Below are positions 40,701-52,806 of a stretch of 64,000 nucleotides of DNA, one piece after another; within the stretch, counting starts at the first letter, position 1; the number at the start of each line of letters is the position of its first letter. The stretch covers positions 10,663,099 to 10,727,098 of the forward strand of contig CM082581.2 of NCBI GenBank assembly GCA_040954595.2. The letters are read 5' to 3'. Position numbers and translations under genes: made by a program. The notes beneath the pieces were generated by a model. It saw only the letters and a list, made by a program, of their open reading frames with translations. It had not been told where the DNA came from and did no database searches. This DNA comes from Balanoglossus misakiensis. Taxonomy: Eukaryota; Animalia; Hemichordata.

Positions 40701-43700
40701 AATTTCAAAATTTGGCCGATTTTTGAAAAAATCATGGGTTATAGCTCATGAAAATCGTCAAAAAATGACAATTTTTCGACTTTGCGGAATTTCAAAATTT
40801 GGCCGATTTTTGAAAAAATCATGGGTTATAGCTCATGAAAATCGTCAAAAATTGACAATTTTTCGACTTTCCGAAATATCAAAATTTCTTCATTTTTTCG
40901 AAAAAATCATGGGTTATAGCTCATGAAAATCATCCAAAATTGACAATTTTTCGACTTTGCGGAATTTCAAAATTTGGCCGATTTTTGAAAAAATCATGGG
41001 TTATAGCTCATGAAAATCGTCAAAAAATGACAATTTTTCGACTTTGCGGAATTTCAAAATTTAGCCGATTTTTGAAAAAATCATGGGTTATAGCTCATGA
41101 AAATCATCCAAAATTGACAATTTTTCGACTTTCCGAAATATCAAAATTTCTTCATTTTTTCGAAAAAATCATGGGTTATAGCTCATGAAAATCATCCAAA
41201 ATTGACAATTTTTCGACTTTGCGGAATTTCAAAATTTGGCCGATTTTTGAAAAAATCATGGGTTATAGCTCATGAAAATCGTCAAAAAATGACAATTTTT
41301 CGACTTTGCGGAATTTCAAAATTTAGCCGATTTTTGAAAAAATCATGGGTTATAGCTCATGAAAATCGTCAAAAAATGACAATTTTTCGACTTTGCGGAA
41401 TTTCAAAATTTGGCCGATTTTTGAAAAAATCATGGGTTATAGCCCATGAAAATCGTCAAAAAATGACAATTTTTCGACTTTGCGGAATTTCAAAATTTGG
41501 CCGATTTTTGAAAAAATCATGGGTTATAGCTCATGAAAATCGTCAAAAAATGACAATTTTTCGACTTCGCGGAATTTCAAAATTTGGCCGATTTTTGAAA
41601 AAATCATGGGTTATAGCTCATGAAAATCATCCAAAATTGACAATTTTTCGATTTTCCGAAATATCAAAATTTCTTCATTTTTTCAAAAAAATCATGGGTT
41701 ATAGCTCATGAAAATCGTCAAAAAATGACAATTTTTCGACTTTCCGGAATTTCAAAATTTGGCCGATTTTTGAAAAAATCATGGGTTATAGCCCATGAAA
41801 ATCGTCAAAAAATGACAATTTTTCGACTTTGCGGAATTTCAAAATTTGGCCGATTTTTGAAAAAATCATGGGTTATAGCTCATGAAAATCGTCAAAAAAT
41901 GACAATTTTTCGACTTTGCGGAATTTCAAAATTTGGCCGATTTTTGAAAACATCATGGGTTATAGCTCATGAAAATCATCCAAAATTGACAATTTTTCGA
42001 CTTTCCGAAATATCAAAATTTCTTCATTTTTTCAAAAAATCATGGGTTATAGCTCATGAAAATCATCCAAAATTGACAATTTTTCGACTTTCCGAAATAT
42101 CAAAATTTCTTCATTTTTTCGAAAAAATCATGGGTTATAGCTCATGAAAATCATCCAAAATTGACAATTTTCGACTTTGCGGAATTTCAAAATTTGGCCG
42201 ATTTTTGAAAAAATCATGGGTTATAGCTCATGAAAATCGTCAAAAAATGACAATTTTTCGACTTTGCGAAATTTCAAAATTTGGCCGCTTTTTGAAAAAA
42301 TCATGGGTTATAGCTCATGAAAATCGTCAAAAAATGACAATTTTTCGATTTAGCGGAATTTCAAAATTTGGCCGATTTTTGAAAAAATCATGGGTTATAG
42401 CTCATGAAAATCATCCAAAATTGACAATTTTTCGATTTTCCGAAATATCAAAATTTCTTCATTTTTTCAAAAAATCATGGGTTATAGCTCATGAAAATCG
42501 TCAAAAAATGACAATTTTTCGACTTTGAGGAATTTCAAAATTTGGCCGATTTTTGAAAAAATCATGGGTTATAGCTCATGAAAATCATCCAAAATTGACA
42601 ATTTTTCGACTTTCCGAAATATCAAAATTTCTTCATTTTTTCAAAAAATCATGAATTATAGCTCATGAAAATCATCCAAAATTGACAATTTTTCGACTTT
42701 CCGAAATATCAAAATTTCTTCATTTTTTCAAAAAATCATGGGTTATAGCTCATGAAAATCGTCAAAAAATGACAATTTTTCGACTTTCCGGAATTTCAAA
42801 ATTTGGCCGATTTTTGAAAAAATCATGGGTTATAGCTCATGAAAATCATCCAAAATTGACAATTTTTCGACTTTCCGAAATATCAAAATTTCTTCATTTT
42901 TTCAAAAAATCATGGGTTATAGCTCATGAAAATCATCCAAAATTGACAATTTTTCGACTTTGCGGAATTTCAAAATTTGGCCGATTTTTGAAAAAATCAT
43001 GGGTTATAGCTCATGAAAATCGTCAAAAAATGACAATTTTTCGACTTTGCGGAATTTCAAAATTTGGCCGATTTTTGAAAAAATCATGGGTTATAGCTCA
43101 TGAAAATCGTCAAAAATTGACAATTTTTCGACTTTCCGAAATATCAAAATTTCTTCATTTTTTCGAAAAAATCATGGGTTATAGCTCATGAAAATCATCC
43201 AAAATTGACAATTTTTCGACTTTGCGGAATTTCAAAATTTGGCCGATTTTTGAAAAAATCATGGGTTATAGCTCATGAAAATCGTCAAAAAATGACAATT
43301 TTTCGACTTTGCGGAATTTCAAAATTTAGCCGATTTTTGAAAAAATCATGGGTTATAGCTCATGAAAATCGTCAAAAAATGACAATTTTTCGACTTTGCG
43401 GAATTTCAAAATTTGGCCGATTTTTGAAAAAATCATGGGTTATAGCTCATGAAAATCGTCAAAAAATGACAATTTTTCGACTTTGCGGAATTTCAAAATT
43501 TGGCCGCTTTTTGAAAAAATCATGGGTTATAGCTCATGAAAATCGTCAAAAAATGACAATTTTTCGATTTCGGGGAATTTCAAAATTTGGCCGATTTTTG
43601 AAAAAATCATGGGTTATAGCTCATGAAAATCATCCAAAATTGACAATTTTTCGATTTTCCGAAATATCAAAATTTCTTCATTTTTTCAAAAAATCATGGG

Positions 43701-46700
43701 TTATAGCTCATGAAAATCGTCAAAAAATGACAATTTTTCGACTTTGCGGAATTTCAAAATTTGACCGATTTTTGAAAAAATCATGGGTTATAGCTCATGA
43801 AAATCATCCAAAATTGACAATTTTTCGACTTTCCGAAATATCAAAATTTCTTCATTTTTTCAAAAAATCATGGGTTATAGCTCATGAAAATCATCCAAAA
43901 TTGACAATTTTTCGACTTTCCGAAATATCAAAATTTCTTCATTTTTTCAAAAAATCATGGGTTATAGCTCATGAAAATCGTCAAAAAATGACAATTTTTC
44001 GACTTTCCGGAATTTCAAAATTTGGCCGATTTTTGAAAAAATCATGGGTTATAGCTCATGAAAATCATCCAAAATTGACAATTTTTCGACTTTCCGAAAT
44101 ATCAAAATTTCTTCATTTTTTCAAAAAATCATGGGTTATAGCTCATGAAAATCATCCAAAATTGACAATTTTTCGACTTTGCGGAATTTCAAAATTTGGC
44201 CGATTTTTGAAAAAATCATGGGTTATAGCTCATGAAAATCGTCAAAAAATGACAATTTTTCGACTTTGCGGAATTTCAAAATTTGGCCGATTTTTGAAAA
44301 AATCATGGGTTATAGCTCATGAAAATCGTCAAAAAATGACAATTTTTCGACTTTGCGAAATTTCAAAATTTGGCCGATTTTTGAAAACATCATGGGTTAT
44401 AGCTCATGAAAATCATCCAAAATTGACAATTTTTCGACTTTCCGAAATATCAAAATTTCTTCATTTTTTCAAAAAATCATGGGTTATAGCTCATGAAAAT
44501 CATCCAAAATTGACAATTTTTCGACTTTCCGAAATATCAAAATTTCTTCATTTTTTCGAAAAAATCATGGGTTATAGCTCATGAAAATCATCCAAAATTG
44601 ACAATTTTCGACTTTGCGGAATTTCAAAATTTGGCCGATTTTTGAAAAAATCATGGGTTATAGCTCATGAAAATCGTCAAAAAATGACAATTTTTCGACT
44701 TTGCGAAATTTCAAAATTTGGCCGCTTTTTGAAAAAATCATGGGTTATAGCTCATGAAAATCGTCAAAAAATGACAATTTTTCCATTTCGCGGAATTTCA
44801 AAATTTGGCCGATTTTTGAAAAAATCATGGGTTATAGCTCATGAAAATCATCCAAAATTGACAATTTTTCGATTTTCCGAAATATCAAAATTTCTTCATT
44901 TTTTCAAAAAATCATGGGTTATAGCTCATGAAAATCGTCAAAAAATGACAATTTTTCGACTTTGAGGAATTTCAAAATTTGGCCGATTTTTGAAAAAATC
45001 ATGGGTTATAGCTCATGAAAATCATCCAAAATTGACAATTTTTCGACTTTCCGAAATATCAAAATTTCTTCATTTTTTCAAAAAATCATGAATTATAGCT
45101 CATGAAAATCATCCAAAATTGACAATTTTTCGACTTTCCGAAATATCAAAATTTCTTCATTTTTTCAAAAAATCATGGGTTATAGCTCATGAAAATCGTC
45201 AAAAAATGACAATTTTTCGACTTTCCGGAATTTCAAAATTTGGCCGATTTTTGAAAAAATCATGGGTTATAGCTCATGAAAATCATCCAAAATTGACAAT
45301 TTTTCGACTTTCCGAAATATCAAAATTTCTTCATTTTTTCAAAAAATCATGGGTTATAGCTCATGAAAATCATCCAAAATTGACAATTTTTCGACTTTGC
45401 GGAATTTCAAAATTTGGCCGATTTTTGAAAAAATCATGGGTTATAGCTCATGAAAATCGTCAAAAAATGACAATTTTTCGACTTTGCGGAATTTCAAAAT
45501 TTGGCCGATTTTTGAAAAAATCATGGGTTATAGCTCATGAAAATCGTCAAAAATTGACAATTTTTCGACTTTCCGAAATATCAAAATTTCTTCATTTTTT
45601 CGAAAAAATCATGGGTTATAGCTCATGAAAATCATCCAAAATTGACAATTTTTCGACTTTGCGGAATTTCAAAATTTGGCCGATTTTTGAAAAAATCATG
45701 GGTTATAGCTCATGAAAATCGTCAAAAAATGACAATTTTTCGACTTTGCGGAATTTCAAAATTTGGCCGCTTTTTGAAAAAATCATGGGTTATAGCTCAT
45801 GAAAATCGTCAAAAAATGACAATTTTTCGATTTCGGGGAATTTCAAAATTTGGCCGATTTTTGAAAAAATCATGGGTTATAGCTCATGAAAATCATCCAA
45901 AATTGACAATTTTTCGATTTTCCGAAATATCAAAATTTCTTCATTTTTTCAAAAAATCATGGGTTATAGCTCATGAAAATCGTCAAAAATGACAATTTTT
46001 CGACTTTGCGGAATTTCAAAATTTGGCCGATTTTTGAAAAAATCATGGGTTATAGCTCATGAAAATCATCCAAAATTGACAATTTTTCGACTTTCCGAAA
46101 TATCAAAATTTCTTCATTTTTTCAAAAAATCATGGGTTATAGCTCATGAAAATCATCCAAAATTGACAATTTTTCGACTTTGAGGAATTTCAAAATTTGG
46201 CCGATTTTTGAAAAAATCATGGGTTATAGCTCATGAAAATCATCCAAAATTGACAATTTTTCGACTTTCCGAAATATCAAAATTTCTTCATTTTTTCAAA
46301 AAATCATGAATTATAGCTCATGAAAATCATCCAAAATTGACAATTTTTCGACTTTCCGAAATATCAAAATTTCTTCATTTTTTCAAAAAATCATGGGTTA
46401 TAGCTCATGAAAATCGTCAAAAAATGACAATTTTTCGACTTTCCGGAATTTCAAAATTTGGCCGATTTTTGAAAAAATCATGGGTTATAGCTCATGAAAA
46501 TCATCCAAAATTGACAATTTTTCGACTTTCCGAAATATCAAAATTTCTTCATTTTTTCAAAAAATCATGGGTTATAGCTCATGAAAATCATCCAAAATTG
46601 ACAATTTTTCGACTTTGCGGAATTTCAAAATTTGGCCGATTTTTGAAAAAATCATGGGTTATAGCTCATGAAAATCGTCAAAAAATGACAATTTTTCGAC

Positions 46701-49700
46701 TTTGCGGAATTTCAAAATTTGGCCGATTTTTGAAAAAATCATGGGTTATAGCTCATGAAAATCGTCAAAAATTGACAATTTTTCGACTTTCCGAAATATC
46801 AAAATTTCTTCATTTTTTCGAAAAAATCATGGGTTATAGCTCATGAAAATCATCCAAAATTGACAATTTTTCGACTTTGCGGAATTTCAAAATTTGGCCG
46901 ATTTTTGAAAAAATCATGGGTTATAGCTCATGAAAATCGTCAAAAAATGACAATTTTTCGACTTTGCGGAATTTCAAAATTTGGCCGCTTTTTGAAAAAA
47001 TCATGGGTTATAGCTCATGAAAATCGTCAAAAAATGACAATTTTTCGATTTCTGGGAATTTCAAAATTTGGCCGATTTTTGAAAAAATCATGGGTTATAG
47101 CTCATGAAAATCATCCAAAATTGACAATTTTTCGATTTTCCGAAATATCAAAATTTCTTCATTTTTTCAAAAAATCATGGGTTATAGCTCATGAAAATCG
47201 TCAAAAAATGACAATTTTTCGACTTTGCGGAATTTCAAAATTTGGCCGATTTTTGAAAAAATCATGGGTTATAGCTCATGAAAATCATCCAAAATTGACA
47301 ATTTTTCGACTTTCCGAAATATCAAAATTTCTTCATTTTTTCAAAAAATCATGGGTTATAGCTCATGAAAATCATCCAAAATTGACAATTTTTCGACTTT
47401 CCGAAATATCAAAATTTCTTCATTTTTTCAAAAAATCATGGGTTATAGCTCATGAAAATCGTCAAAAAATGACAATTTTTCGACTTTCCGGAATTTCAAA
47501 ATTTGGCCGATTTTTGAAAAAATCATGGGTTATAGCTCATGAAAATCATCCAAAATTGACAATTTTTCGACTTTCCGAAATATCAAAATTTCTTCATTTT
47601 TTCAAAAAATCATGGGTTATAGCTCATGAAAATCATCCAAAATTGACAATTTTTCGACTTTGCGGAATTTCAAAATTTGGCCGATTTTTGAAAAAATCAT
47701 GGGTTATAGCTCATGAAAATCGTCAAAAAATGACAATTTTTCGACTTTGCGGAATTTCAAAATTTGGCCGATTTTTGAAAAAATCATGGGTTATAGCTCA
47801 TGAAAATCGTCAAAAAATGACAATTTTTCGACTTTGCGGAATTTCAAAATTTGGCCGATTTTTGAAAAAATCATGGGTTATAGCTCATGAAAATCGTCAA
47901 AAAATGACAATTTTTCGATTTCGCGGAATTTCAAAATTTGGTCGATTTTTGAAAAAATCATGGGTTATAGCTCATGAAAATCATCCAAAATTGACAATTT
48001 TTCGATTTTCCGAAATATCAAAATTTCTTCATTTTTTCAAAAAATCATGGGTTATAGCTCATGAAAATCGTCAAAAAATGACAATTTTTCGACTTTCCGG
48101 AATTTCAAAATTTGGCCGATTTTTGGAAAAATCATGGGTTATAGCTCATGAAAATCGTCAAAAAATGACAATTTTTCGACTTTGCGGAATTTCAAAATTT
48201 GGCCGATTTTTGAAAAAATCATGGGTTATAGCTCATGAAAATCATCCAAAATTGACAATTTTTCGACTTTCCGAAATATCAAAATTTCTTCATTTTTTCA
48301 AAAAATCATGGGTTATAGCTCATGAAAATCATCCAAAATTGACAATTTTTCGACTTTCCGAAATATCAAAATTTCTTCATTTTTTCGAAAAAATCATGGG
48401 TTATAGCTCATGAAAATCATCTAAAATTGACAATTTTTCGACTTTGCGGAATTTCAAAATTTGGCCGATTTTTGAAAAAATCATGGGTTATAGCTCATGA
48501 AAATCGTCAAAAAATGACAATTTTTCGACTTTGCGGAATTTCAAAATTTGGCCGATTTTTGAAAAAATCATGGGTTATAGCTCATGAAAATCATCCAAAA
48601 TAGACAATTTTTCGACTTTCCGAAATATCAAAATTTCTTCATTTTTTCGAAAAAATCATGGGTTATAGCTCATGAAAATCGTCAAAAAATGACAATTTTT
48701 CGACTTTCCGGAATTTCAAAATTTGGCCGATTTTTGAAAAAATCATGGGTTATAGCTCATGAAAATCGTCAAAAAATGACAATTTTTCGACTTTGCGGAA
48801 TTTCAAAATTTGGCCGATTTTTGAAAAAATCATGGGTTATAGCTCATGAGAATCGTCAAAAAATGACAATTTTTCGACTTTGCTGATTTTTGAAAAAATC
48901 ATGGGTTATAGCTCATGAAAATCATCCAAAATTGACAATTTTTCGACTTTCCGAAATATCAAAATTTCTTCATTTTTTCAAAAAATCATGGGTTATAGCT
49001 CATGAAAATCATCCAAAATTGACAATTTTTCGACTTTCCGAAATATCAAAATTTCTTCATTTTTTCGAAAAAATCATGGGTTATAGCTCATGAAAATCAT
49101 CCAAAATTGACAATTTTTCGACTTTGCGGAATTTCAAAATTTGGCCGATTTTTGAAAAAATCATGGGTTATAGCTCATGAAAATCGTCAAAAAATGACAA
49201 TTTTTCGACTTTGCGGAATTTCAAAATTTGGCCGATTTTTGAAAAAATCATGGGTTATAGCTCATGAAAATCATCCAAAATAGACAATTTTTCGACTTTC
49301 CGAAATATCAAAATTTCTTCATTTTTTCGAAAAAATCATGGGTTATAGCTCATGAAAATCATCCAAAATTGACAATTTTTCGACTTTGCGGAATTTCAAA
49401 ATTTGGCCGATTTTTGAAAAAATCATGGGTTATAGCTCATGAAAATCGTCAAAAAATGACAATTTTTCGACTTTCCGGAATTTCAAAATTTGGCCGATTT
49501 TTGAAAAAATCATGGGTTATAGCTCATGAAAATCATCCAAAATTGACAATTTTTCGACTTTCCGAAATATCAAAATTTCTTCATTTTTTCAAAAAATCAT
49601 GGGTTATAGCTCATGAAAATCGTCAAAAAATGACAATTTTTCGACTTTCCGGAATTTCAAAATTTGGCCGATTTTTGAAAAAATCATGGGTTATAGCTCA

Positions 49701-52700
49701 TGAAAATCGTCAAAAAATGACAATTTTTCGACTTTCCGGAATTTCAAAATTTGGCCGATTTTTGAAAAAATCATGGGTTATAGCTCATGAAAATCGTCAA
49801 AAAATGACAATTTTTCGACTTTGCGGAATTTCAAAATTTGGCCGATTTTTGAAAAAATCATGGGTTATAGCTCATGAAAATCATCCAAAATTGACAATTT
49901 TTCGACTTTCCGAAATATCAAAATTTCTTCATTTTTTCGAAAAAATCATGGGTTATAGCTCATGAAAATCATCCAAAATTGACAATTTTTCGACTTTGCG
50001 GAATTTCAAAATTTGGCCGATTTTTGAAAAAATCATGGGTTATAGCTCATGAAAATCGTCAAAAAATGACAATTTTTCGACTTTCCGAAATATCAAAATT
50101 TCTTCATTTTTTCGAAAAAATCATGGGTTATAGCTCATGAAAATCATCCAAAATTGACAATTTTTCGACTTTGCGTAATTTCAAAATTTGGCCGATTTTT
50201 GAAAAAATGATGGGTTATAGCTCATGAAAATCGTCTAAAAATGACAATTTTTCGACTTTGCGGAATTTCAAAATTTGGCCGATTTTTGAAAAAATCATGG
50301 GTTATAGCTCATGAAAATCATCCAAAATTGACAATTTTTCGACTTTCCGAAATATCAAAATTTCTTCATTTTTTCGAAAAAATCATGGGTTATAGCTCAT
50401 GAAAATCATCCAAAATTGACAATTTTTCGACTTTGCGGAATTTCAAAATTTGGCCGATTTTTGAAAAAATCATGGGTTATAGCTCATGAAAATCGTCAAA
50501 AAATGACAATTTTTCGACTTTGCGGAATTTCAAAATTTGGCCGATTTTTGAAAAAATCATGGGTTATAGCTCATGAAAATCATCCAAAATTGACAATTTT
50601 TCGACTTTCCGAAATATCAAAATTTCTTCATTTTTTCGAAAAAATCATGGGTTATAGCTCATGAAAATCATCCAAAATTGACAATTTTTCGACTTTGCGG
50701 AATTTCAAAATTTGGCCGATTTTTGAAAAAATGATGGGTTATAGCTCATGAAAATCGTCAAAAAATGACAATTTTTCGACTTTGCGGAATTTCAAAATTT
50801 GGCCGATTTTTGAAAAAATCATGGGTTATAGCTCATGAAAATCATCCAAAATTGACAATTTTTCGACTTTCCGAAATATCAAAATTTCTTCATTTTTTCA
50901 AAAAATCATGGGTTATAGCTCATGAAAATCATCCAAAATTGACAATTTTTCGACTTTCCGAAATATCAAAATTTCTTCATTTTTTCCAAAAAATCATGGG
51001 TTATAGCTCATGAAAATCATCCAAAATTCACAATTTTTCGACTTCGCGGAATTTCAAAATTTGGCCGATTTTTGACAAAATCATGGGTTATAGCTCATGA
51101 AAATCATCCAAAATTGACAATTTTTCGACTTTGCGGAATTTCAAAATTTGGCCGATTTTTGAAAAAATCATGGGTTATAGCTCATGAAAATCGTCAAAAA
51201 ATGACAATTTTTCGATTTTGCGGAATTTCAAAATTTGGCCGATTTTTGAAAAAATCATGGGTTATAGCTCATGAAAATCGTCAAAAAATGACAATTTTTC
51301 GACTTTGCGGAATTTCAAAATTTGGCCGATTTTTGAAAAAATCATGGGTTATAGCTCATGAAAATCATCCAAAATTGACAATTTTTCGACTTTCCGAAAT
51401 ATCAAAATTTCTTCATTTTTTCGAAAAAATCATGGGTTATAGCTCATGAAAATCATCCAAAATTGACAATTTTTCGACTTTGCGGAATTTCAAAATTTGG
51501 CCGATTTTTGAAAAAATGATGGGTTATAGCTCATGAAAATCGTCAAAAAATGACAATTTTTCGACTTTGCGGAATTTCAAAATTTGGCCGATTTTTGAAA
51601 AAATCATGGGTTATAGCTCATGAAAATCATCCAAAATTGACAATTTTTCGACTTTCCGAAATATCAAAATTTCTTCATTTTTTCAAAAAATCATGGGTTA
51701 TAGCTCATGAAAATCATCCAAAATTGACAATTTTTCGACTTTCCGAAATATCAAAATTTCTTCATTTTTTCCAAAAAATCATGGGTTATAGCTCATGAAA
51801 ATCATCCAAAATTGACAATTTTTCGACTCTCCGAAATATCAAAATTTCTTCATTTTTTCGAAAAAATCATGGGTTATAGCTCATGAAAATCATCCAAAAT
51901 TGAAATTTTTCGAATTTCCGAAATATCAAAATTTCTTCATTTTTTCGAAAAAATCATGGGTTATAGCTCATGAAAATCATCCAAAATTGACAATTTTTCG
52001 ACTTTCCGAAATATCAAAATTTCTTCATTTTTTCGAAAAAATCATGGGTTATAGCTCATGAAAATCATCCAAAAATGACAATTTTTCGACTTTCCGAAAT
52101 ATCAAAGTTTCTTCATTTTTTCGCAAAAATCATGGGTTATAGCTCATGAAAATCATCCAAAATTGACAATTTTTCGACTTTCCGAAATATCAAAATTTCT
52201 TCATTTTTTCGAAAAAATCATGGGTTATAGCTCATGAAAATCATCCAAAATTGACAATTTTTCGACTTTCTGAAATATCAAAATTTCTTCATTTTTTCGA
52301 AAAAATCATGGGTTATAGCTCATGAAAATCATCCAAAATTGACAATTTTTCGACTTTCCGAAATATCAAAATTTCTTCATTTTTTGAGAAAAATCATGGG
52401 TTATAGCTCATGAAAATCATTCAAAAATGACAAGTTTTCGAATTTTCGATTTTTCAAAATGTGTTCATTTTATTAAAAAAATCATGGGTTATATAGCTCA
52501 TGAAAATCATCAAAACATGACAATTTTGCGACTTTGCTGATTATCAGAATTTCTTCATTAAAAAAAAATCATGGGTTTAAGCTCATACATACATACAGAC
52601 ATACATACATCATACATACATACATACATACATACATACATACATACATACATACATACATACATACATACATACATACATACATACATACATACATACA

Positions 52701-52751
52701 TACATACATACATACATACATACAGACAGACAGACAGGCAGGCAGGCAGGC

Positions 52752-52806
<55 letters not shown>

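Noticed and set aside
28839-51798. About 40 long ORFs in the track as protein-coding genes
   Set aside because: They are translations of the 87-bp monomer. They are broken by homopolymer frameshifts and stops that propagate with the HORs, and many begin at TTG. Not annotated as CDS.
28730-52583. CRISPR-like array (constant palindromic 'repeat' alternating with variable 'spacers')
   Set aside because: The variable parts are only a few recurring variants, not unique spacers. The context is a eukaryotic intron and there are no cas genes.
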